Shown: piece after piece, positions 53,401 to 64,000 of the stretch | Layout of the letters: each line of letters opens with the position of its first letter | How positions within the stretch are numbered: position 1 is the first letter of the stretch | DNA from: Camelus ferus | Lineage: Eukaryota | Length of the DNA stretch: 64,000 nt | NCBI RefSeq assembly: GCF_009834535.1 | Contig: NC_045705.1 | Location: forward strand, 33,356,001-33,420,000 | Reading direction: 5' to 3' | Notes under the pieces: generated by a model | What the model was told of the DNA's origin: nothing | Seen by the model: the letters and a program-made list of their open reading frames with translations, nothing else | Databases searched by the model: none | Position numbers and translations under genes: made by a program

Positions 53401-56400
53401 CAAAGAAGATGCATGAGGAATCTCTGTCTTCAGGGAGGCAGTGCCTCTCATTGGGATGGATTGTTAATATATATGGCTTAATAGTAGCTCTTTCTTTTTT
53501 CTCTTTTTCACATAGGATCACAGTCACCTCTTGTATAGCACCATTCCCAGGATGCAAGAGCCAGGGCAAATTGTGGAGACCTACACAGAGGAGGACCCTG
53601 AAGGAGCCATGTCTGTAGTCTCTGTGGAAACCTCGGATGATGGAACCACTCGGCGCACAGAGACCACAGTAAGATTAAGACTTGCATAAAGTCTGGGATG
53701 ATGGAGCAGGTCTTCCTGTGGTCTCTGTTAAGGGGAGGGGTTAAGCATTTAATTAGGATGGATGAAGAGCCACTGATCTATAATGAAGGCATAAAGAAAG
53801 TGATCTCTAGCTATACAGAGAAGATACAAGAGATAAGGAAAAATCTAGTGGAATGAGGAAGAGAGTCTGCAGTAGCTTCGCGTAGAGGCATAGTTACTAC
53901 CAGCACAATTTTCCTGCCTGACAACTTCCTATAAGATGGAGAGAAGGGTAGATTGCATGGCATTTCTAGGTAAAGTGAACTTAATTTGTTCACTTATTTT
54001 TCTTTTCTCTTTCCTTACTTCAAGGTCAAGAAAGTAGTGAAGACTGTGACAACGCGGACAGTTCAGCCAGTCCCTGTGGGACCAGATGGGCTGCCTGTGG
54101 ATGCCTCATCACTTTCTAATAACTATATCCAGACTCTGGGTCGTGACTTCCGCAAGAATGGCAATGGGGGGCCCGGTCCCTATGTGGGGCAAGCAGGCAC
54201 TGCTACCCTTCCCAGGAACTTCCACTACCCTCCTGATGGATATGGCCGCCACTATGAAGATGGTTATCCAAGTGGCAGTGACAATTATGGCAGTCTGTCC
54301 CGGGTGACCCGCATTGAGGAACGGTATAGGCCCAGCATGGAAGGTTACCGGGCACCTAGTAGACAGGATGTCTACGGGCCCCAGCCCCAGGTTCGGGTAG
54401 GTGGGAGCAGCGTGGATCTGCACCGCTTTCATCCAGAGCCTTATGGGCTTGAGGATGACCAGCGTAGCATGGGCTACGATGACCTGGATTACGGCATGAT
54501 GTCTGATTATGGCACTGCCCGTCGGACTGGGACACCCTCTGACCCTCGGCGACGCCTCAGGTAGGCAAGGAAAGGGTCTTTCCTAGATAGCAAAAAGGGG
54601 TAGCTCTTCCTTCTCCTGAGTGCTTTTTGGGATTAGAGATACTTTGGTCCCCTCCCCCTCTGCCTTTTTTTTGTGGAAGCCCATGCTGTTCTTCCCTTTT
54701 CTGATTTTACAAAGTATTGGCTTGCTTTTTTGTCTCCTTTTCATTATAAAAATCATATATTCTAATTATAGAAAACAACTTGTGATGGTTATTGGTCTGT
54801 GTCCTGAAGAGTGGCCTTTGCTCCTATGCCAGGAGTTTCTTTTATTTCTGCCTAAGATCTGATGCCCTTTTGGTGATACGGGAGTACCACAAGGGAGCCT
54901 GGTGTCTGAGGCTATGGAGTACTTGTGAATTTCTTCACCTTCTGGTTTGGTATTAAGAATGGGGTTGAGAGTTTTAGGCTTTCAGGGCCAGAATAGACAG
55001 TTAAGGGTACGTATAAGAACCCTCCCTGTGGTGGTTTTAATCTCAAGTTCAAAATAAACCTTAATCTCACAAAACCCCTGACCCTTTGTGTTTATTTAGG
55101 TTCTTATATTTGATTGTAAAAGTGATGGAGGTGGGGTGGCATCCTTAGAGGTTGGTACATTGTTGACACACTGAAAGGTCAGTAAGCAGCTGCCTCTTCC
55201 GACTTTATTGCTTATCCTTGGGGGTTCTTTGGTCATGTGAAAAAGAGAGTAATGATATTTGGACTGGTAGATGGTTTGCCTTGAGAAAATGCTTTAGAAT
55301 GAGAGTTAGTAAACCTTTTCTGTAAAGGACTAGGTAGAACTATTTTAGGCTTTGCAGACAGTGTATCATTTTTGTTGTATGTGGTTATTCTTTTTACAAC
55401 CTTTTAAAAATATAAAAGCCATTCTTAGTTCTGTACAGAAACAGGGTTGGCCTATGGGCTGCCAACATTAGAATAAATTAGAGACAGTGTTTTCCAGGCA
55501 AAGAGAAATAATAAGAATTAAGGGAGAAGATTTATGGATGTCTTAATGGTAAGGATATCCTGGCAGCTGTTGTTGAATTTCTGTATGAGGTCATGACTTT
55601 CTAAAGCAAATGCCTTAGTGCTCATTTTCCTCATATTAGGTGGCTTTGGTTAGTGAACTGGGCTGGGCCCAGGAGTAGAGGCCTCATTATCTAAGCCTGA
55701 GTCACTTACCTTTCAGGTATCTTTTGGACAGCAGATCCAACTCCCATGTGACTCACCTTTTATTCCTGGGGTGAGGGTAAGGGGGCACACCAGACCTCAG
55801 CTGGTGCAGCTTGGAGCAGTGGTAGATAATAGCTTTCACCAAAGGAGTCTGTCCAGGGTGTTGGCTCCTTCTGCTTGTTGACAAGTCTGCTTTTCCCGAC
55901 TTCCTCATTAGTATAGTGATTGGATTTAGGTGCGTGCAGGTGGCCAGGTCATTCTGTTGTCCCTAGCTGTGGCAACTGACATAAAGAGAGGATTTGGGCT
56001 TGGTTCTTGGGTTTGTTCCAGGGTGGTTCTGGACTTGGAAACCTGCTTGACTAGCAAGAACATTTGCTGCTTCCTATTCCAGGCCGAGGAGAGCAATACG
56101 AGGTCAAACGAAAATAGTAAGGCAGAATGATTAGTAGAAAAACCACTGAACCAGAAGACCTTGGTTCTAGTTGTGCCTTTGCCACTAGCTGCGTAGCCTC
56201 AAGCAAGTCATTTAATCTTTCTGGGCACAGCTTTGTAAAACAAGGGAAAGAATGTCATGATCCACCTCTTGTAAAAATATCTCAAGTGACCAAAATCTTG
56301 GTTCTAGTAATTATTTTTGTACTTGCTTATATTGAAATAACAATAAAGGTGAGAACATGGCTCACTACAAAACTGAAAAGGAACTGCTGTTAACATTTTG

Positions 56401-59400
56401 GTGCATTTCCTTTGTGTTCTTTTTCCTATACATGTAAATATACTCTGACTTTATTTTTCCCATACTAAAATGGAATCTTACATAACACACAGTTTAGTAG
56501 CCCACTTAAAAAACTTAGCTATATATCCTGTTTGTTTTGTTTAAATAATATTAAAAAATAGTGATTTTTACTAAATGCATTGTCTACCTGAATCACTGTT
56601 GACAGCTATGAGGCAGCCCCTTTGCTCAGGTTAATAACCTTGAGGGTTTGGTGACAGTGGGAGTGGTTTTGTGGAACAAACAATGGGCTTATTTGGAGAG
56701 TTCCACACAATGGATTCTCCTCTCCTGTGGGAGCCACAGAGTGAGATGAGCTCACAGATAATGGGTCTCTTCCTTCCTGGTGGTTATGAATAAATAATAG
56801 TGTGACAGACTCACCCTCTAGTGGTTGTTGGTAGTATTGAAATAGGGAGAAATATCTCCGGTTAGACTTTATTCTTTACCTTCAATTGCTTCGTTTCTAT
56901 TCCTTTTCTGAGTGCCTGGGTATCCCAAATGTGATGGTGGCCAGTAATGTCTATTTTGACAGAATTGGAAGTACTGTCTTTAGAAATGGGAGGCTAGAAA
57001 TCTTACCTCCTATACATTTGTTGAGTAGCAGAGATGATCTTGGGATGAACTGTGCAGATTAATGTTCAAGCTCATCAATACCAAAAGCTAGGTCCTCATG
57101 AGGTAGCAAGAAATCCTATACTGCTTATACTATTATTACTTCCTTTTTTATAATTTCCAAAATAGGGTAAGGAGAGGCTTAAATATGAAGTGTTTCAAGG
57201 GTCTTATCCCATCAGCTATTTCCTGTGTGTGTAAATGCCTCATTTCCCCTTTAGCAAAGGCCTTATGAGAGCTGTTCTCAGACTTTGCTGATTTCTGTGG
57301 TGTTGAGTCAGTTGCTTTCATTAACTCTGCTGTCTGAAGGTTATTTCCATCTCTATCTATCTGGAGAAGTTAATAGCTGTAAGGCATCATTCAAATGCTA
57401 AGCAGTCAGGATTTGGTTCTTTTTTTGTGATTAACTATCTAAATAGCTTGTTACCCCTCCAAGCTAGTAAACTTCACAGAAAAAAATGGTTTTAATCTAA
57501 TTGCAGATGCCTTTAAAATTACAACCTTATATCATTAAGAAAAATTGATCAGTATATCCTTTATGCAAAGGAGAAATAAGATCTAGTGTACTAGAGCTGG
57601 GATTACTCCTTCCTTGAAGATGAGGGGCAGTGGGAGCTCTCCAGGAAACCAGACTTTGACAGCTTAATGTATTCCTTTTTTTCTTGGTTCTTCCACATTG
57701 CAGGAGCTATGAAGACATGATTGGTGAGGAGGTGCCATCAGACCAGTACTATTGGGCTCCTTTGGCCCAGCATGAACGGGGAAGTTTAGCAAGCTTGGAT
57801 AGCTTGCGCAAGGGAGGACCTCCACCCCCTAATTGGAGACAGCCAGAGCTGCCGGAGGTTATAGCCATGCTAGGATTCCGCTTGGATGCTGTCAAGTCCA
57901 ATGCAGCTGCATACCTGCAACACTTGTGCTACCGCAATGACAAGGTGAAGACTGATGTCCGGAAGCTCAAGGGCATCCCAATACTGGTGGGACTATTAGA
58001 CCACCCCAAAAAGGAAGTGCACCTTGGAGCCTGTGGAGCTCTCAAGAATATCTCTTTTGGGCGTGACCAGGATAACAAGATTGCTATAAAAAACTGTGAT
58101 GGTGTTCCTGCCCTTGTGCGATTACTCCGAAAGGCTCGAGATATGGACCTCACTGAAGTTATTACTGGTGAGTTCTGGGCCCAAGGGAAACTGCCAGGTT
58201 AGGGTCAGTGTTATCCCTAGAGATACTGAGAGCTAGAAGGATTGCTAGTCCTTTGACTTTTGATTAAAGGCTGTAAACTGGTGGCTTTTGGGTCAAGTCC
58301 ATCTCACAGATTTGGATCATGAAAGATTTTCAAAAATTTAAAGCATTATTTGCTAATGTTTTAAATGCTGATTTCACCTAAAATTCCAGATTTTTGCCTT
58401 CTGTTTAAAATGTGCAAGAACAGGTTACAATGGATCTGTTTTACTACCTGGCTGTAGTTGGTCTGAGTTGATTGGGGCATGTGCTTTGCAGTTTGCAATA
58501 ATCTCCAATTTGTTGTCTCTGACTAACTACTGCCATATAGGAAATTGTCTCCCAAACATTGAAGCTGAGTGTCAGTTGCTGCTTATTCACATTCTTGTAA
58601 TTTCTTTTAAACATCTGCTTGTCCTCACTCACCTGCTTAGAACATGCTGACATTTTAGCTTGTGGTCCTTGCTTTAGAAGTGTTTTTCAGATTGTGGGTT
58701 GTGATCCATCAGTGTGTATTGAACACAACTTTGTGGAACACAAGAGAAAGAAAGAAAAAGAAGTAGTGTAGACCATTAGTTCTCAAGTAGGGGTGATGTT
58801 TCCCGCAGAGGACCTTCAGAGGTCTGAAGATATTTTTGGTTGTCATAACTCAGGGAGGTGGGGAGGGAGTGCTGTTGGCATCTAACGAGTAAAGGCTAGA
58901 GATATGCTAAACATCTAACAATGGAAAGGACAGCTCGCCCAAAATGTCAGTGGTGCTGAGATTGAGAAACTCTTGTGTAGGTAAGCCCAGAGAGTATTGC
59001 TTACCTAGAGTATACTCTTGTTTTATGAAACCTTATTTTTATGATTATGTATGTTTGTATTGAGCCATAATATAAAATATATTTCTTACTGTGAGTCACA
59101 AACAAAAGCCTGAATGTCTTTACAGGTATTTGATCATTGGGGAAGACTGAGAAATGATGGAATAGGAGATTTTCTTTCGCATTCTTCATATGTATTGTCT
59201 TGGGTTCTGGAGAGCTATCTGATGAGTTGTCTCTTCCAGGAACCTTNNNNNNNNNNNNNNNNNNNNNNNNNNNNNNNNNNNNNNNNNNNNNNNNNNNNNN
59301 NNNNNNNNNNNNNNNNNNNNNNNNNNNNNNNNNNNNNNNNNNNNNNNNNNNNNNNNNNNNNNNNNNNNNNNNNNNNNNNNNNNNNNNNNNNNNNNNNNNN

Positions 59401-62400
59401 NNCAACACAGCTGGCTGCCTCAGGTAACAGAAGGACTTTGAGAGTATGAAGATGGAATTAAAAAAATTTTTTTTAATTGAAATGTAGTTACAATGTTAGT
59501 TTCAGGTGAAGATGGAATTTTTGAGGACTAACTTAAATTTCTTTTAAAAAAAAGTTTAAATTTCTTAGCCTGTCATTCAGCCTCCATTCCTGTCTGTATC
59601 ACATATCATGACTCCAACCTGTCTTATTACCTTTGTCACTGCTCCCTTGCATGCTATGTATGTCTGCGATGTCGGTTTACTTCCTGTTCCCCACACGTCT
59701 TAACTCACTTGTGTGCTGCTTTGACTTTGTTCGTATGATTTGGTAAACAGTTGTTCAGTACCTACCACGTATAAGGCAGTTGTTTAGTCCTGGGCTTGCA
59801 TGTGTCTGTGTCCTGCCTTCAATTATTTGTATTTCAAGTCAAGCTACAATAAATGCAACAAAGGGAGTATAGAATACTAGAAGGATAGAATGAGGAAGAG
59901 CTATTCTGTCCGCAGTACCTTTCTTGCTTATTTATCTTCTGAGGCTAAACTCAAGTGCTTTTATTTCATGAAAGTTTTCCTGATTTCTTTTTCTTATCTC
60001 CTATAAATGTGCAGTGTATTCTTTCTCTCTTTGGAATATACCCCTGTGTACTGTGCCCCATTCTTCATTTGTACTTCCATACAAGAAGTATTTTTTTCTA
60101 CCTTAAATTATTGTTTTTATTTATACACCCTCCTGCCCCCAGACTGGTTATAAATGTCCTGAAAGTAGGAATTGTTTTACTCAACTTTATCTCAGCTCCA
60201 GTACCTCCCTTATAACAAGTACTCATTATTTGTCATAGTGAAGATAAAAAGTATTAAGGAGGCTTTTAGATGTTAAGGATATTAAGAGAGGACTTCTGGA
60301 TTTTAGTCATCTTGAAGCCTCTCCTTTTCCTCTCAGGAATGTCAGCTCAGAGAGGAGTGAAGCTCGCCGGAAACTTCGGGAATGTGATGGTTTGGTGGAT
60401 GCTCTCATTTTCATTGTTCAGGCTGTGATTGGACAGAAAGATTCAGACAGCAAGGTAAGTTAATGGGTGAGTGAATTCCATTCACAGTAACCATGAAGTA
60501 CCCATAGTGCAGACCTATCATCTCAGGCTTTCAAATAACATTATATACCTGTACCCCCACCTACTCCTTAAAGTGGGTGTTTACCTTAAAAGAAAACTGT
60601 TTCCTTTAGAATTTCCTTCACCTGTGTAATATATTTTAAAGCTGTTTAGCCATACTTCCAAGATAGTAAGTTTTTTTTTAGTTAGGAAAAAGAGTGACCC
60701 GAAGTTTTGTGTTATACGTCAAATGTTAGAAGAAACCCTCTATTAGCCTGAAGCTACAAGAATTTTTAGACACTTGGGGTACTTAAGAGGCATTGTGAGA
60801 GATGATGGATTAGGTTATGCTTTTGAGGATCAGTGTTTTAAAACTTGAATTATGGAAACCTGTACTTACTGGGAAATCACTATAGTCATTCTCTTCTCTT
60901 ACTGAGACTTTTATCTTGTGATCCCAAGCTTGTGGAGAACTGTGTTTGCCTCCTTCGGAACTTGTCATATCAAGTTCACCGGGAAATCCCACAGGCAGAA
61001 CGTTACCAAGAGGCACCTCCCAGTGTTGCCAATAATACTGGGCCACATGCTGCCAGTTGCTTTGGGGCCAAGAAGGGCAAAGGTGAGTCTTGGTTCCTTG
61101 TTCTTTACTCCTTAACGTAGGATGAGGAGAGGAAGGAACATTTAGCTTTGGGTACAAAATACTTGGTGAGCAGTGCAGAAATCTGCCTAGTCAAGGATGT
61201 CTTTTTGCTCTGCTGCTGCTTCCCCTGTGTCTTGTGCTTCATTCACGGTGGTGGTGATGGTGATGATGATGATGGTGGTGGTGGTGGTGGTGGTGATGGT
61301 GGTGGTGGTGGTATTGGTATTGGTACCAGTGATTGGACAGTGAAGGCTGAGAACTCAACTAATCTGGAGCCTTCTCCCCCATTCCTCCTTTGTGTTTCCT
61401 GTGTTTTTCTTTTCCTCTCTGCTTTCCTGCTTATTTGCTCATGATCCTGTTGACATCTTTCTCTCGCATTTTTCTTTCTTCATTTCTCTTCTCTGCTTTC
61501 CACCTTGGGTGATGCACTGGAAGATGAGTGGTTCTCCAGAGGTGAGTGGAATCTTTTAAGGCGCTTATTTACTTCTAATTTGCATGTTTCGGTTTTAGCT
61601 TCCATGGTATTTCCTTGCCTAACCCTTCCCTGTGGATGCATGTAGGAAAATTCAGTTGAGGAAGACCATTGAAACAAGTTTAGCTCTTCTGAGCTAATGG
61701 CTCATGGCATGCTATTTCTGGGCAGCAGCCCTAGTTATCAAAACTCAAGATAATAGCAGTGATAGTGGTTATACTCACCTTACCCATCTGCTGCCTGTTT
61801 TCTGTTCTTGTTTCTGCATAGCCTCCTGCTGAGACAAGCTGGGGACCTTGGTTTTGGTTTTTTTTTTTTTTTTTTCCCTATGTTTTGTGTTTTTGTCCTT
61901 CTTAATGCGTTTCTGATCCAAAGATTTTGACTGAAGAATAAAAGAAATATACCAGGTGGACTCTTTCCTTTCTTAAACTTTTTACTCCTTTCCCCTTTTT
62001 TAATTTCCAAAGGGAAAAAACCCACAGAGGATCCAGCAAATGATACAGTGGATTTCCCTAAAAGAACTAGTCCTGCTCGAGGTAAGTTATCTTTTTCTTC
62101 TTAGACTCCATGGGTCTCATAAACATAGTCCACAGACTAAGTACTTGGCAGCCTGACAGGGTATACAGTATGTTCACTGTTTTGTCTTTTCTGACTTATG
62201 GATTTGATGTGATGATGAAAGTATTTGGAAACTATAATTTTATAGCAGTAACTTATAAAGGACTGCTTGTTTTGGCAGCTATTCAGATTACTTGAGGATA
62301 CGGTAAGGTCTTGATGGTAATCTAGACCAGGAGCTTAGGGTAGTCCCTAAGTAGCCACTATTTCATGGGACTTAAACTTTACTTGTTATAAGAAGTCTCC

Positions 62401-64000
62401 TTATCACAGTCTGGATCTTTATATTCATCAATATGGTAAGACCAAAGTTCACAGCTCTCCATGGATATAAATAGTTAGCTGTTACTAAATCTTTGAGAGG
62501 CCCTTTTACTTAATCATGGTTAAGGTGGGCAGAATGACTCAGTTAAGTTAGAAGTAATTCATTTGAGATGAAGAATCTTTAACTCTTGAGTGCCTTCATT
62601 GAGTAAATGAATCCCTTGGGAAACAAGCAAGGCTAAAGCAAACTGGGAGAGAAGAGTCAAGGAGGAAGAAGAGAGAGGAGTTGGATAAATTATACTCAAG
62701 TCAAGCCTTGTAATTTTGCTTTTGGGTGGGTGGAGGGCTTAGGGAATCTAATGGTGTAGGAGCATAGACCCGTCACTCCAGCCAGCCGGAGCCTGTCATT
62801 GTTACTGAGAAGCATCCTCTGCTTTCTTGCCCTTTCTTGTGCAGGCTATGAACTTCTATTTCAGCCAGAGGTGGTGCGGATATACATCTCACTCCTCAAG
62901 GAGAGCAAGAATCCTGCCATCCTAGAAGCCTCAGCCGGGGCCATCCAGAACTTGTGTGCTGGGCGCTGGACGGTGAGTACCTTTACCAGGAGGTGAGATG
63001 ACTTACTAACAAACTAACTAGTTTGGTACCATCTGTAATCTGTTTTACTTCTTTCCATGTGCTACTTGTAGTATGGTCGATACATCCGCTCTGCTCTGCG
63101 TCAAGAGAAGGCTCTTTCTGCCATTGCTGACCTCCTGACCAATGACCAGGAGCGGGTTGTGAAAGCTGCATCTGGAGCACTGAGAAATCTGGCTGTGGAT
63201 GCTCGCAACAAAGAGTTAATTGGTAAGGAGTTGGATGTTAACTGTTACCTCAGTGTCTGGTACAGTACCTTTAATCCAGCAGGTACTAAATTTATTTATT
63301 GAAATGACTGAGAGGAAGGATCCTAGGCCCTCCCACAGTTTGTGAATCTAAGAGTTGGAGAGGGTTATAGTTTAATGGTTCTTTAAAAGACAGGAAGTGA
63401 TGCATTAAAAAAAATAGAATAATAATAGCTATTATTTATTTAGCATGTACTTTGTTAGTAGGGATTATTAAGCATTTCTGTATGTTCTCATTTAATTGTC
63501 ACCACTTTACAAAGATCCTTTTTTTTTTTAATGGAATAAGGAAACTGAGGGTCAAGGAAGTTATGTAGTTTGGCCAGAGTTAATATAGTTCGTAAGTGTG
63601 GTAGAGCCCAGTTTTTGGGTTTTTTTTTTTTTTTCCTTCAAATTCACAATGACTCTTCTATTGAACTATGATAATATTCAATATGCTGTTTTCATTAGAA
63701 TATCTGAATGGACTGTGTACCATGTTTCATTGTGACTGAAGGAGAAAACAAATAAAAGAATAGGAAGGATAATCCATTCATGGCTGTGCAGGTCCTTTGT
63801 TCTTTTGAAATGATAATCCTATAGGAGAATGAAGTTGATTTGTATGAACAGTACCTATACTTGATAGGATCAGTGCAATTCAGTATAGGGTTAGTCTCCT
63901 CAGAACCTGACTCAGCTTGTTCTCTCTGCACTTACTCCTCCTGTCTTGCTGCTGTAGGTAAACATGCTATTCCTAACTTGGTAAAGAATCTGCCAGGAGG
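50416..64000 (+). CDS. CTNND1: Catenin delta-1 (p120-catenin), exons 3-15, partial: exon 3 starts at 50416 with its coding part in gap 50450..50741; 3' end beyond window
   Basis: Continuous frame over 52702..52773, 53516..53668, 54025..54560, 57704..58167, 59240..59423, 60337..60454, 60929..61082, 61524..61541, 62013..62081, 62845..62972, 63072..63222, 63958..>64000; armadillo repeats. Confidence 0.97.
52702..52773 (+). CDS. CTNND1: CTNND1 exon 4
   Basis: NGRFVGDADLERQKFSDLKLNGPQ. Confidence 0.95.
53516..53668 (+). CDS. CTNND1: CTNND1 exon 5 (isoform-3 start ATG at 53552)
   Basis: DHSHLLYSTIPRMQEPGQIVETY...RRTETT. Confidence 0.96.
54025..54560 (+). CDS. CTNND1: CTNND1 exon 6
   Basis: VKKVVKTVTTRTVQP...TPSDPRRRLR; donor CAG|GTAGGC. 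Confidence 0.97.
55300..55468 (-). mobile_element. MER58-type hAT-Charlie MITE, diverged
   Basis: AAACCTTTTCTGTAAAGG...TATTTTAGGCTTTGC...AAAGCCATTCTTAG...ACAGAAACAGG; boundaries approximate. Confidence 0.6.
57704..58167 (+). CDS. CTNND1: CTNND1 exon 7 (isoform-4 start ATG at 57717)
   Basis: SYEDMIGEEVPSDQYYWAPL...WRQPELPEVIAML...DLTEVITG. Confidence 0.97.
58774..58974 (+). mobile_element. MER20 (hAT-Charlie) MITE
   Basis: Resembles MER20 (TTTTTGGTTGTCA..AACT..GGCATCTA..CCCAAAATGTCA..GAGATTGAGAAAC); degenerate 8-bp TSD GTGTAGAC/GTGTAGGT. Confidence 0.8.
59240..59423 (+). CDS. CTNND1: CTNND1 exon 8 (interior 59247..59402 is N)
   Basis: TTCCAG|GAACCTT...NTAGCLR|GTAACA; 184-nt span keeps the frame. 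Confidence 0.9.
59460..59506 (-). mobile_element. 47-bp L1 3' tail insertion near the CTNND1 exon 8 donor
   Basis: TTTTTTTTAATTGAAATGTAGTTACAATGTTAGTTTCAGG between 13-bp TSDs TGAAGATGGAATT (59447-59 and 59507-19). Confidence 0.78.
60337..60454 (+). CDS. CTNND1: CTNND1 exon 9
   Basis: NVSSERSEARRKLRECDGLVDALIFIVQAVIGQKDSDSK. Confidence 0.96.
60929..61082 (+). CDS. CTNND1: CTNND1 exon 10
   Basis: LVENCVCLLRNLSYQVHRE...SCFGAKKGK. Confidence 0.96.
61247..61324 (+). repeat. Compound (GGT/GAT)n trinucleotide repeat
   Basis: Seen directly in the intron upstream of microexon C. Confidence 0.92.
61524..61541 (+). CDS. CTNND1: CTNND1 18-nt alternative microexon C (DEWFSR)
   Basis: GGAAG|ATGAGTGGTTCTCCAGAG|GTGAGT; frame-preserving. 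Confidence 0.9.
62013..62081 (+). CDS. CTNND1: CTNND1 exon 12
   Basis: GKKPTEDPANDTVDFPKRTSPAR. Confidence 0.95.
62845..62972 (+). CDS. CTNND1: CTNND1 exon 13
   Basis: GYELLFQPEVVRIYISLLKESKNPAILEASAGAIQNLCAGRWT. Confidence 0.96.
63072..63222 (+). CDS. CTNND1: CTNND1 exon 14
   Basis: YGRYIRSALRQEKALSAIADLL...NKELIG. Confidence 0.96.
63958..64000 (+). CDS. CTNND1: CTNND1 exon 15 (cut by the window edge)
   Basis: CTGTAG|; KHAIPNLVKNLPG. Confidence 0.93.

Noticed and set aside
28508-59449. ORF-track entries full of X
   Set aside because: Artefacts of translating through N gaps.
62845-62972. KESKN instead of the recalled human KESKT in CTNND1 exon 13
   Set aside because: Asn occurs at the equivalent position in p120-family paralogues as recalled; likely tolerated.

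Overview
Mammalian genomic DNA, almost certainly camelid (three tRNA-derived Vic-1-type SINEs and a camelid-type L1 3' end). It holds the conserved gene block ZDHHC5 3'UTR (+), MED19 (-), TMX2 (+), SELENOH (+), BTBD18 (-) and CTNND1 (+, cut off in exon 15 by the window edge). I reconstructed exons by hand from GT-AG boundaries and reading frame. MED19 gives 244 aa (exon 3 inferred in an N gap), TMX2 296 aa, and SELENOH 122 aa with an in-frame UGA selenocysteine and a SECIS in a separate 3'UTR exon. BTBD18 has two apparent +1 frameshifts. CTNND1 exons 1-15 include the 18-nt microexon C. Main leads: (1) MYC-like WDR5-binding (WBM) motifs at the BTBD18 C-terminus; (2) the two BTBD18 frameshifts, which may be assembly error or recent truncation; (3) an overlapping bidirectional polyA signal between SELENOH and BTBD18; (4) the SELENOH recoding and NMD layout; (5) cis-elements around the CTNND1 microexon. 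Seven N gaps limit what can be seen, and four fall on exons. Comparisons with human or mouse proteins are from memory, not from a search. No prokaryote-type system such as CRISPR is present.
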